DNA of 64,000 nucleotides from the human T2T-CHM13v2.0 reference genome, Homo sapiens. Where the stretch lies: NCBI RefSeq assembly GCF_009914755.1, contig NC_060929.1; one strand, written 5' to 3'. A program made the translations under genes and the position numbers. Under the pieces are notes generated by a model. The model saw nothing but the letters and a program-made list of their open reading frames with translations, searched no databases and had not been told where the DNA came from. This document shows, one piece after another, positions 1 through 15,500 of this stretch (position 1 is its first letter; each line of letters begins with the position of its first letter).

Positions 1-3000
1 TGCAGATTCTACAAAAAGTATGTTTACAAACTGCTCAAACAAAAGAAATATTCAAGTCTGTGAGATGAATGCACACATCACAAAGTAGTGTCTTAGAAGG
101 CTTCTGTCTAGTTTTTGTTTGAAGATATTTCCTTTTTCCACCATAGGTCTCAAAACGCTCCAAATATCCACTTGTAGATTCTACAAAAATATTTTATCAA
201 AACTGCTCAATGTAAAGAAATGTTCCACTCTGTGAAATGAATGCACCCATCACAAAGAAGTTTCTCAGAATGCTTCTATCTAGTTTTTATGTGAAGCTAT
301 TTCCTTTTCCATCGTCGGCCAAAAGGGGCTCCAAATATCCACTTCCAGATTCTACAAAAAAGAGTTTCAAAACTGCTCAATCAACAGAAAGTTTCAGCTC
401 TTTGAGTTGAACGCACTCATCACAAAGAAATTTCTCAAAATGCTTCTGTGTAGCTTTTATGTGAAGATATTTCCTTTTCCACCATAGGCCTCAAAGCACT
501 TCAAATAACCACTTGCAGATTCTACAGAAAGTTTTTTTCGAAACTGCTCAAAGAAAACAAAGGTACAGCTCTGTGAGACAAATGGACACATCAGAAAGAA
601 GTTTGTCAGAATGCTTCTGGCTAGTTATGTGAAGATATTTCTTTTTCCAGCAGAGGCCTCAAAGTGCTACAAATATCCACTTGCAGAATCTACAAATAGA
701 GTGTTTCAAAACTGCTCAATCAAAAGAAATCTTCAAATCTTTGAGATGGATGCACACAGCACAAAGGAGTTTCTCAGAATGCTTCTGTCTAGTTTTCTCT
801 GAAGTTATTTCCTTTTCCACCATGGAACTCAAAGAGCTCAAAATTTCCACTTGCAGATTCTACAAAAAGGGTGTTGCCAAGCTGCTCAAAGAAAACAAGT
901 GTTCAACACTGTGAGATGAATGCACACATCAGAAAGAAGTTTCTCAGAATACTTCTTTGTAGTTTTTCTTTGAAGATATTTCCTTTTCCACCATAGTTCT
1001 CAAAGTGCTAAAACTATACACCTGCAGAATCTACAAAACAAGTGATTCAAGATTGCTCAATCAAAAGAAAAGTTGAACTCTGTGAGTTGAACGCACACAT
1101 CAGACAGAATTTTTTCACAATGCTTCAGTGTAGTTTTTATATGAAGATATTTCCTTTTCCACCATAGCCCTAAAAGCGCTCCAAATATCCACTTGTAGAA
1201 ACTACAAAAAGACTGTTTCAAAACTGACGAATCAATAGAAAGTTTCAACTCTGTGAGATGAAAGCACAAATCACAAATAAGTTTCTCAGCATGCTTCAGT
1301 CTAGTTTCTATTTGAGGATATTTCCTTTTCCACCACAGTCCTCCAAGCACTACAAATATCCACTTGCAGATTCTACAAAAAGACTGTTTCAAAACTGCTC
1401 TATCAAAAGACAGGTTCAACTCTGTCAGATGAATTCACACATCATAAAGAAGTTTTTCAGAATGCTTCTGTCTCATTTTTATGTGACCATATTTCCTTTT
1501 CCACCATAGACCTCAAAGCTCTCAAAACATCCACTTGCAGATTCTGCAAAACGAGTGTTTCCAACTGCTCAATGAAAACAAAGCTTCAACTCTGTGAGAT
1601 GAATGCACAGATCAGAAAGAAGTTTCTCAGAATGCTTTTGTCTAGTTTTTATGTGAAGATATTTCCTTTTCCACCATGAGTCTCAAAATGCTCCAAATAT
1701 CCACTTGTAGAAACGACAAAAAGAGTGTTTCAAAACTGCTCCATGAAACGAAAGGTTCAACTTTGTGAGTTGAATGTGCACATCACAATGAAGTTTCTCA
1801 GAATGCTTCTGTTTTATTTTTCTCTTAGGATATTTCCTTTACCACCACAGACTTCAAAGCCCTCCAAATACCCACTTGCAGATTCTACAAAAAGAAAGTT
1901 TCACAACTGCTCAAAAGAAAGGTACAACTATGGGAGACAAATGTACACATCACAAAGAAGTTTCTCAGAATGCTTCTGTCTAGTTTTTATGTCAAGATAA
2001 TTCCTTTTCCACCATAGGCCTCAAAGCGCTCCAAATATCCAATTGCAGATTTTAGAAAAAGGGTGTTTCAAAAATGCTCAATGAAAATAAAGTTTCAACT
2101 CTGTGAGATGAATGGACATATCAGAAAGAAGTTAGTCAGATTCTTCTGTCTAGTTTTTATGTGAAGATATTTCCTTTTCCACCATAGGCCTCAAAACGCT
2201 TCAAATATCCACTTGTAGAATCTACAAAAAGAGTGTTTCAAAACTGCTCAATCCAAAGAAAGTTTCAAGTATGTGAGTGGAACGCACACATCAAAATGAA
2301 GTTTCTCAGAATGCTTCTGTGTAGTTTATATGTGAAGATATTTACTTTTCCATCAAAAGCCTCAAAGCGCTCCAAAATATCCTCTTGCAGATTCTACAAA
2401 AAGAGTGTCTCAAAACTGCTCAACGAAAACAAAGTTTTAACTCTGTGTGATGAATGTACACATCAGAAAGAAGTTTCTCAGAATGCTTCTGTCTTGTTTT
2501 TATGTGAAGATATTGCCTTTACCACCATAAGCCTCAAAGTGCTCCAAATATTCACTTGCAGAATATACAAAAAGCATGTTTCAAAACTGCTCAATGAAAC
2601 TTAGTTTCAACTCTATGAGATGAATGCACACATCACAGAGAAGTTTCTCAGAATGATTCTGTGTAGTTTTTATGTGAAGACATTTCATTTCCCATACTAG
2701 GCTGAAAAGCTTCCAAATATCCACTTTCAGATTCTATAAAAATAGAGTTTCAAAACTGCTCAATCAATGAAAGTTTCAATTGTGTGAGTTGAATGCAAAC
2801 ATCACAAAGAAGTTTCTCAGAATGCTTCCGTTTAGTTTTTATGTGATGATATTTCCTTTTCCTCCATAGGCTTCAAAGTACTCGAAATCTCCTCTTGCAG
2901 ATTCTACAAAAAGAGAGTTTCAAAATGGCTCAATAAAAACAAATGTACTACTCTGTGAGATGAATATACACATCAGAAAGAAGTTTTTCAGAATGCTTCT

Positions 3001-4746
3001 GTCTAGTTTTTGGTGAAGATATTTCCTTTTCCTCAATAGGCTTCAAAATGCTGTAAATATCCGCTTCCAGATTCTACAAAAAGAGTGTTTCAAAACTGCT
3101 CCATATAAAGAAAGGTTCAACTCCGTGAGTTGAATGCACCCATCACAAGAAGTTTCTCAGAATGCCTCTGTCTATTTTTTATGGAAAGATAATGCCTTTT
3201 CCAAAAAGGCTGCAAAGGGCTCCAAATATCCAAGTGTGTATTCTACAAAAAGAGAGGTTCAAAACTTCTCAATCAAAAGAAAGTTTCACCTATTAGAGTT
3301 GAATGAACACATCACAAAGAAGTTTCTCAGAATGCTTCTGTGTAATTTTTATGTGCAGGTATTTCCTTTTCCACCATAGGCCTCAAAGCACTCCAAATAT
3401 CCACTTTCAGATTCCATAAAAAGAGTGTTTCCAAACTGCTCAATGAAAAGCAAGATTCAACACTGTGAGATGAATGCACACATCAGAAAAAAGTTTCTCA
3501 GAATGCTTCTGTCTCATTTTTATTTGAAGATATTTCCTTTTCCACCATAGACCTCAAAGCGTTTATGTTGTTGAAGATTCCACAAAAAGAGTATCTCAAA
3601 ACTGCTGAATGAAAACAAAGGTTCAACTCTTTAAGATGAATGCACACATCAGAAAGAAGTTTGTCAGCCTGCTTCTGTGTAATTTTTGTGTGAAGATATT
3701 TCCTTTTCCACACTAGGCCTCAAAGCGCTCCAAATATCCAATTGCAGAATCTAAAAAAAGGGTGATTCAAAAATGCTCAATCAAAAGAAAGATTCAACTC
3801 TGTGAGATGAATCCACACATCACAAAGAAGTTTCTCAGAATGCTTCTTTCTAGTTTTTATATGAAGATATTTTCTTTTCCACCATAGACTTCAAAGCGCT
3901 TCAAATATCCACTTACAGATTCTACAAAAAGTGTGTTTCAAAACTGCTCAGTGCAAACAGAGATTCATCTCTATAAGATGAATGTACACATCAGAAAGAA
4001 GTTTCTCAGAATGTTTTTGTCTCCTTTATATGTGAAGATATTTCCTTTTCTACTACAGGCCTCAAAGTGCTCTAAATTTCCACTTGCAGATTCCACAAAA
4101 AGAGTGTTTCAAAACTGCTGAATCAAAAGAAAGGTTCAACTCTGTGAGGTGAATGCACACATCACAAAGAAGTTTCTCAGAATTCTTATATGTAGTTTTT
4201 AGGTGAAGACATTTCCTTTCACACCATAGGCTGAAAAGGGATCCAAATAACCACTTGCTGATTCTACAAAAAGAGGGTTTCAAAACTGCTCAATAAAAAT
4301 ATAGGTTCAACTCTGTCAATTGAATGCACGCCAAAGAAAGAAGGCTCTCAGAATGCTTCTGTCTAGTTTTTATGTGAAGATATTTCCTTTTCCACCATAG
4401 GCCTCAAGGTGCTCCAAATATCCACTTGCAGAATCTACAAAAAGAGTGTTTCAAAACTGCTCAATCAAAAGAAAGTTTCAACTCTGTGAGATGAATGCAT
4501 ATATCATAATGAAATTTCTCAGAATTCTTCTGTCTCCTTTTTATGTGAAGGTATTTCCTTTTCCAAAGTAGGCCTCAAAATGCTCTAAATATCCACTTGC
4601 AGATTCTACAAAGAGTGTTGCAAAACTGCTCAATCAAAAGAAAGGTTCAAACCTTTGAGATGAATGCACTCATCATGAATAAGTTTCTCACAATGCTTCT
4701 GTGTAGTTTTTATGTGATACTAAAAGATTGTTTCAAAACTGCTCAA
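1..4746 (-). repeat. Alpha satellite (ALR/Alpha), divergent ~171-bp monomers
   Basis: Tandem units such as ctctgtgagatgaatgcacacatcacaaagaagtttctcagaatg (reverse complement of the conventional consensus). The homologous g of gattc falls at 856, 1027, 1198, 1369, giving a 171-bp period. The box position reads ttccttttccaccata (pJalpha/A-type), not a CENP-B box. Confidence 0.98.
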
Positions 4747-5951
4747 ATTAATTCAAGATGGATTAAAGACTTAAACGTTAGACCTAAAACCATAAAACCC
4801 TAGAAGAAAACCTATACATTACTATTCAGGACACAGGCATGGGCAAGGACTTCTTGTCTAAACACCAAAAGTAATGGAAACAAAACCCAAAATTGACAAA
4901 CGGGATCTAATGAAACTAAAGAGCTTCTGCACAGCAAAAGAAACTACCATCAGAGTGAACAGGCAACCTACAAAATGGGAGAAAGTTTTCATAACCTTCT
5001 CATCTGACAAAGGGCTAATATCCAGAATCTACAATGAACTCAAACAAATTTACAAGAAAAAAACAAACAACCCCATCCAAAAGTGGGCAAAGGACATGAA
5101 TAGACACTTCTCAAAAGAAGACATTTATGCAGCCAAAAAACACATGAAAAAATGCTCATCTTCACTGGCCATCAGAGAAATGCAAATCAAAACCACAGTG
5201 AGATACCATCTCACACCAGTTAGAATGGCGATCATTAAAAAGTCAGGAAACAACAGGTACTGGAGAGGATGTGGAGAAATAGGAACACTTTTACACTGTT
5301 GGTGGGACTGTAAAGTAGTTCAACCATTGTGGAAGTCAGTGTGGCGATTCCTCAGAGATCTAGAACTAGAAATATCATGTGTCCCAGCCATCCCATTACT
5401 GGGTATATACCCAAAGGACTATAAATCATGCTGCTATAAAGACACATGCACACGTATGTTTATTGCGGCATTATTCACAGTAGCAAAGACTTGGAACCAA
5501 CCCAAATGTCCAACAATGATAGACTGGATTAAGAAAATGTGGCCCATATACACCATGGAATACTATGCAGCCATCAAAAATGATGAGTTCATGTCCTTTG
5601 TAGGGACATGGATGAAATTGGAAATCATCATCTCAGTAAACTATGGCAAGAGCAAAAAACCAAACATTGCATATTCTCACTCATAGGTGGGAATTGAACA
5701 ATGAGAAAACATGGACACAAGAAGGGGATCATCATACTCGTGGGACTGTTGTGGGGTGGGGGGAGGAGCGAGGGATAGCTTTAGGAGATATACCTAATGC
5801 TAAATGACGAGTTAACGGGTGCAGCACACCAGTATGGCACATGTATACACATGTAACTACCCTGCACATTGTGCACATGTACCCTAAACTTAAAGTATAA
5901 TAATAATAAAAGAAAAAAATAAATAAATTTTTAAAAATTAAAATGTAAAAA
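4747..5951 (+). mobile_element. L1-A: 5'-truncated LINE-1 (~1.2 kb), L1PA3-like 3' end
   Basis: Starts attaattcaagatggattaaagac (ORF2). The 3'UTR has gctaaatgacgagttaa and gcacattgtg (L1PA3-type marks from recall). aataaa at ~5905 is followed by an A-rich tail. No TSD is visible. Confidence 0.95.
4874..5686 (+). pseudogene. ORF2: LINE-1 ORF2p C-terminal fragment (Cys-rich/CCHC region)
   Basis: Translation includes [12 protein letters not shown] and [17 protein letters not shown]. The first Cys of the knuckle is replaced by Tyr, and there is a frameshift near the C-terminus. Confidence 0.93.
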
Positions 5952-7493
5952 AAAAGACATGTTCAACTCTATGAGATGAATGCACACATCACAAAGAAGT
6001 TTCTCAGAATGCTTATGTGTAGTTTTTATGTGAAGATATTTCCTTTTCCACAGTAGGCCACGAAGGACACAAAATATCCACTTGCAGATTCTACAAAAAG
6101 AGAGATTCAAAACTGCTGAATCAAAAGATACGTTCAAGTCTGCGAGTTGAATGCACACATCACAAAGAAGTGTCTCAGAATGCTTCTGGGTAGTTTTTAT
6201 GTGAAGATATTTCCTTTTCCACCATAGGCCACAAAGGGCTCCAAATATCCATTTGCAGATTCTACTAAAAGAGAGTTTCAGAACTGCTCAAACAACAGAT
6301 AGGTCAACTTGTGAGTTGAATGTACACATCACAAAGAAATGTGTCAGAAAACTTCCACATAGTTTTTATGTGAAGATATTTACTTTTTCACAATAGGCCT
6401 CAACGAGCTCCAAATATCCACTAGCAGATTCTACAAAAAGAGAGTTTCAAAACTGCTCTATCAAAAGAAAGGTTTAAATTTGTGAGATGAATGCACACAT
6501 AACAAAGAAGTTTCTCTGAATACTTCTGTGTAGTTTTTATGTGAAGATATTTCGTTTTCCACCATTTCCTCAAAGCGCTCCAACAATCCTCTTGCAGATT
6601 CTACAAAAAGAGTGTTTCAAAACTGTTCAATCCAAAGTCAGGTTCAAATCTGTGACATGAAAGTAAACATCACAAAGAAGTTTCTCAGAATACTTCTGTG
6701 AAATTTTTATGTGAGGATATTTCCTTTTCCACTAGAGGCCTCAAGGTGCTCCAAATATCTACTTGCAGATTCTACAAAAAGAGTGCTGAAAAACTGCAGT
6801 ATCAAAAGAAAAGTTCACTTTGTGAAATGAATGCACACATGGCAAAGAAGTTTCTCAGAATGGTCTGTGTAGTTTTTATGTGAAGATATTTCCTTTTCCT
6901 CAAAGCTCCCCAAACATCCACTTGCAGATTCTACAAAAAGAGAGTTTCAAAACTGCTCCATCAAAAGATAGGTTCAACTCTGTGAGTTTAATACACACAT
7001 CACAAAGAAGATTCTCAGAATGTTTCTGTGTAGTTTATATGTGAAGATATTTTCTTTTCCACCATAGGCCTGAAAGTGCTCAAAGTGACCACTTGCAGAT
7101 TCTACAAAAAGAGTGTTTCCAAATTGCTCAATAAAAAGAAAGGTTTAGCTCCATGAGAAGAATGCACACATCACAAAGAAGTTTCTCAGAATGCTTCTGT
7201 GTAGTTTTTAGGTGAAGATATTTCCTTTTCCACAAAAGGACCCAAAGCGCTACAAATATCCACTTGCAGATTCTACATAAAGAGTGTTTCAAAACTACTG
7301 AGTCCAAACAAAGTTCAACTCTGTGAGATGAATGCACACATCACAAAGAAATTCACCAGAATGCTTCTGTGTAGTTTTTATCTGAAGATATTCCTTTTCC
7401 ACAAAAGGCCACAAAGGTCTCCAAATATCCCCTTGCAGATTCTACAAACAGAGTGTTTCCAAACTCCACAGTCAAAAGAAAAATTCAACTCTG
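5952..7493 (-). repeat. Alpha satellite, ~171-bp monomers
   Basis: About 9 monomers in the same orientation between L1-A and L1-B. Confidence 0.97.
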
Positions 7494-8466
7494 AGAGCGC
7501 CTCTCCTCCTTCAAAGGAATGCAGTTCCTCACCAGCAACGGAACAAAGCTGGACGGAGAACGACTTTGAAGAGCTGAAAGAAGAAGGCTTCAGAAGATCA
7601 AATTACTCTGAGCTATGGGAGGACATTCAAACCAAAGGCAAAGAAGTTGAAAACTTTGAAAAAAATTTAGAAGAATGTAAAACTAGAATAACCAATACAG
7701 AGAAGTACTTAAAGAAGCTGATGGAGCTGAAAACCAATGCTCGAGAACTACGTCAAGAATGCAGAAGCCTCAGGAGCCGATGTGATCAACTGGAAGAAAG
7801 GGTACCAGCAATGGAAAATGAAATGAATGAAATGAAGTGAGAAGGGAAGTTTAGAGAAAAAAGAATAAAAAGAAATGAGCAAAGCCTCCAAGAAATATGG
7901 GACTATGTGAAAAGACCAAATCTACGTCTGATTGGTGTACCTGAAAGTGACGGGGAGAATGGAATCAAGTTGGAAAACACTCTGCAAGATACTATCCAGG
8001 AGAACTGCCCCAATCTAGCAAGGCAGGCCAACGTTCAGATTAAGGAAATACAGAGAACACCACAAAGATACTCATCGAGAAGAGCAACTCCAAGACACAC
8101 AATTGTCAGATTCACCAAAGTTGAAATAACGAAAAAATGTTAAGGGCAGCCAGAGAGAAACGTCGGGTTATGCTCAAAGGGAAGCCAATCAGACTAACAG
8201 CAGATCTCTCGGCAGAAACCCTACAAGCCTGAAGAGAGTGGGGACAAATATTCAACATTCTTAAAGAAAAGAATTTTCAAACCATAATTTCATACCCAAC
8301 CAAACTAAGCATCATAACTGAAGGAGAAATAAAATACTTTACAGACAAGCAAATGCTGAGAGATTTTGTCACCACCAGGTCTGCCATAAAAGAGCTCCTG
8401 AAGGAAGCGCTAAACATGGAAAGGAACAACCAGCACCATCCGCTGCAAAATCATGCCAAAATGTAA
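7494..8466 (+). pseudogene. ORF1: LINE-1 ORF1p, 5'-truncated and disrupted
   Basis: Coiled-coil (ENFEKNLEECKTRIT) and RRM (RPNLRLIGVPE, RRATPRH) segments. Premature TGA at 7838-7840 and a frameshift near 8135. Native end atgtaa at 8461-8466. Confidence 0.93.
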
Positions 8467-8529
8467 AGACCATCGAGACTAGGAAGAAACTGCATCAACT
8501 AACGAGCAAAACAACCAGCTAACATCATC

Positions 8530-12359
<3,830 letters not shown>

Positions 12360-12577
12360 ACAATGAGATCACATGGACACAGGAAGGGTAACATCACACT
12401 CTGGGGACTGTTGTGGGGTGGGGGTAGAGGGGAGGGATAGCATTGGAAGTTATACTTAATGCTAGATGACGAGTTAGTGGGTGCAGTGCACGAGCATGGC
12501 ACATGTATACATATGTAACTAATCTCCACAGTGTGCACATGTACCCTAAAACTTAAAGTATAATAATAAAAGAAAAA

Positions 12578-15500
12578 AAAAATTCAACTCTGTGAGATGA
12601 ATACACACATCACAAAGAAATTTCTCAGATAGCTTCTGTGTAATTTTTATGTGAAGATATTTCCTTTTACACCATAGGCCTCAATACACTCCAAACATTC
12701 ACTTGCAGATTATACAAAAAGAGTGTTTCCAAACTGCTCAATCAAAAGAAAGTTTCAACTCTATGACATGAAAACACAAATCACAAAGAAGTTTCTCAGA
12801 ATGTTTCTGTGTAGTCTTTATGTGAAGATACTTCCTTTTCCACAATAGACCTCAAAGCACTACAATTATCCACTTGCTGATTGTACAAAAAGAGTTTTTC
12901 AAAATACTCAATAGAAAGAAAAGCTCAACTCTGTGAGAAGAATGCACTGATCACAAAGAATTTTCTCAGAATGCTTCTGTGTATTTTTTATTTGAAGATA
13001 TTTCCTTTTCCACCGTAGACCGCAAGGGGCTCCAAATATCCACTTGCAGATTCTACAAAGAGAGAGATTCAAAATTGCTCAATCAAAAGATAGGTACAAG
13101 TCTGTGAGTTGAATGCACACATCACAAAGAAGTTTCTCAGAAAGCTTCTGTGCAGTTTTTATGTGAAGATATTTCCTTTTCCAACATAGGCCACAAAGGT
13201 CTCCAAATATCCAATTGCAGATTGTACAAAAAGTGAGTTTCAAAACTTCTCAATCAAAAGATACGTTCAACTCTGTTAGTTGAATGCACACATCACAATG
13301 AAGTTTCCCAAAATGCTTCTGTGTATTTTTTATGTGAAGATATTTCCTTTTCCACCATAGACATCAAAGAACCGCAAATATCCATTTGCAGATTCTACAA
13401 AAAGAGTGTTTTCAAACTGCTTAATCAAAAGAATGGATCAACTCAGTAAGATGAATCCACACATCACAAAGAAGTTTCTCAGAATGCGTCTATGTAGTTT
13501 TTAGGTGAAGATATTTCCTTTTCCACAGTAGGCCCCAAAGCGCTCCAAATATCCACTTTCAGATTGTACAAAAATAGTGTTTACAAACTTCTCAAACAAA
13601 AGAAAGTTTCAACTCTGTGAGATGAATGCAAACAACCCAAAGAAATTTCTCAGATTTCTTTTGTGTAGTTTTTATGAGTAGATATTTCCTTTTCCACCAT
13701 ATGCCGCAAAGGGCTCAAAATATCCACTTTCAGATTCTACAAAAAGAGAGGTGCAAAACTGCTCCATCAAAAGATAGGTTCAACTCGGTGAGTTGAATGC
13801 ACTCATCACAAAGAAGTTTCTCAGAATGCTTCTGTATAGTTTTTATGTGAAGATATTTCGTTTTCCACAATAGGCCCCAAAGCACTCCAAATATCCACTT
13901 GCAGATTCTACAAAAGGAGTGTTTCAAAACTACTGAATCAAAAGAAATTTTCAACTCTATGAGATGAATGAAGACATCACAAAGAAGTTCATCAGAATGC
14001 TTCTGTGTTGTTTTTATTGGAAGATATTTCCTTTTCCACCAGAGGCTTCAAAGCTCTCCAAGTATACAGTTGAAGATTCTACAAAAAGAGTGTTTCAAAA
14101 CTGCTCAATCAAAAGGAAGGTTCAACTCTGTGAAATGAATGCACACATCACAAAGAAGTTTCTCAGAATTCTTCTGTGTAGTTTTTATGTGAAGATAATT
14201 CGTTTTCCAAAATAGGCCTCAAAGCTCTCTAAATATCAACTTGCAGATTCTACAAAAGAGTGTTTTCAAACTGCTCAATCAAAAGAAGTGTTCAACTCTG
14301 TGAGGTGAATACACATATCACAAAGAATTTTCTCACAATGCTTCTTTGTAGCTTTCATGTGAATATATTTCCATTTGCACCATAGCCCACAAAAGGCTCC
14401 ACATATCCACTTGCAGATTCGACAAACAGAGAGTTTCAGAACGACTCAATCAAAAGAAAGCTTCAACTCTCTGAGATGAATGCACACTTTGCAAAGAAGT
14501 TTCTCAGAATGCATCTGTGTAGTTTCTATGTGAAGACATTTCCTTTTCCAAAATAGGCCTCAAAGCGCTCCAAATATCCACTTGCAGATTCTGCAAAACG
14601 AGTGTTTCAAAATTGCTCAATCAAAAGAAAGATTCAACTCTGTGAGATGAATGCACACATCACAAGAATTTTCTCAGTACGCTTCTGTGTATTTTTGATG
14701 AGAAGATATTTCCTTTTCCACCATAGGCCTCAAAGCACTCCAAATATCCACTTGCAGATTGTACAAAAAGACTGTTTCAAAACTACTCAATCAAAAGACA
14801 CTTTCAACTCTGTGAGTTAAATGCACACATCACAGAGAAGTTTCTCAGAATGCTTCTGTGTAGTTTTTGTGTGAAGATATTTCCTTTTCCAGAATAGGCC
14901 TCAAAGCACTCCAAATATCCACTTGCAGAATGTACAAAAAAGTTCTTCCAAACTGCTCAATCAAAATAAAGATTCAACTCTGTGAGATGAATGCACACAT
15001 CACAAAGAAGTTTCTCAGATTACTTCTGTGTAGTTTTTATGTGAAGATGTTTCCCTTTTCCACAACAGGCCTCAAGGCGCTCCAAATATCCACTTGCAGA
15101 TTCTACAAAACGAGTGTTTCAAAATTGCTCAATCAAAAGAAAGATTCAACTCTGTGAGATGAATGCACACATCACAAGAATTTTCTCAATACGCTTCTGT
15201 GTATTTTTGATGAGAAGATATTTTGTTTTCCACCACAGGCCTCAAAGCACTCCAAATATCCACTTGCAGATTCTACAAAAAGACTGTTTCAAAACTACTC
15301 AATCAAAAGATACTTTCAACTCTGTGAGTTGAATGCACACATCACAAAGAATATCTACTTGCAGAATGTACAAAAAGAGTTCTTCCAAACTGCTCAATCA
15401 AAATAAAGGTTCAACTCTGTGAGATGAATGCACACATCACAAAGAAGTTTATCAGATTACTTCTGTGTAGTTTTTATGTGAAGATGTTTCCCTTTTCCAC

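Noticed and set aside
7328-7840. 170-aa ORF fusing alpha-satellite sequence in frame to L1 ORF1
   Set aside because: Chance in-frame junction at the L1-B 5' truncation. No promoter, and it ends at a CpG-derived stop.
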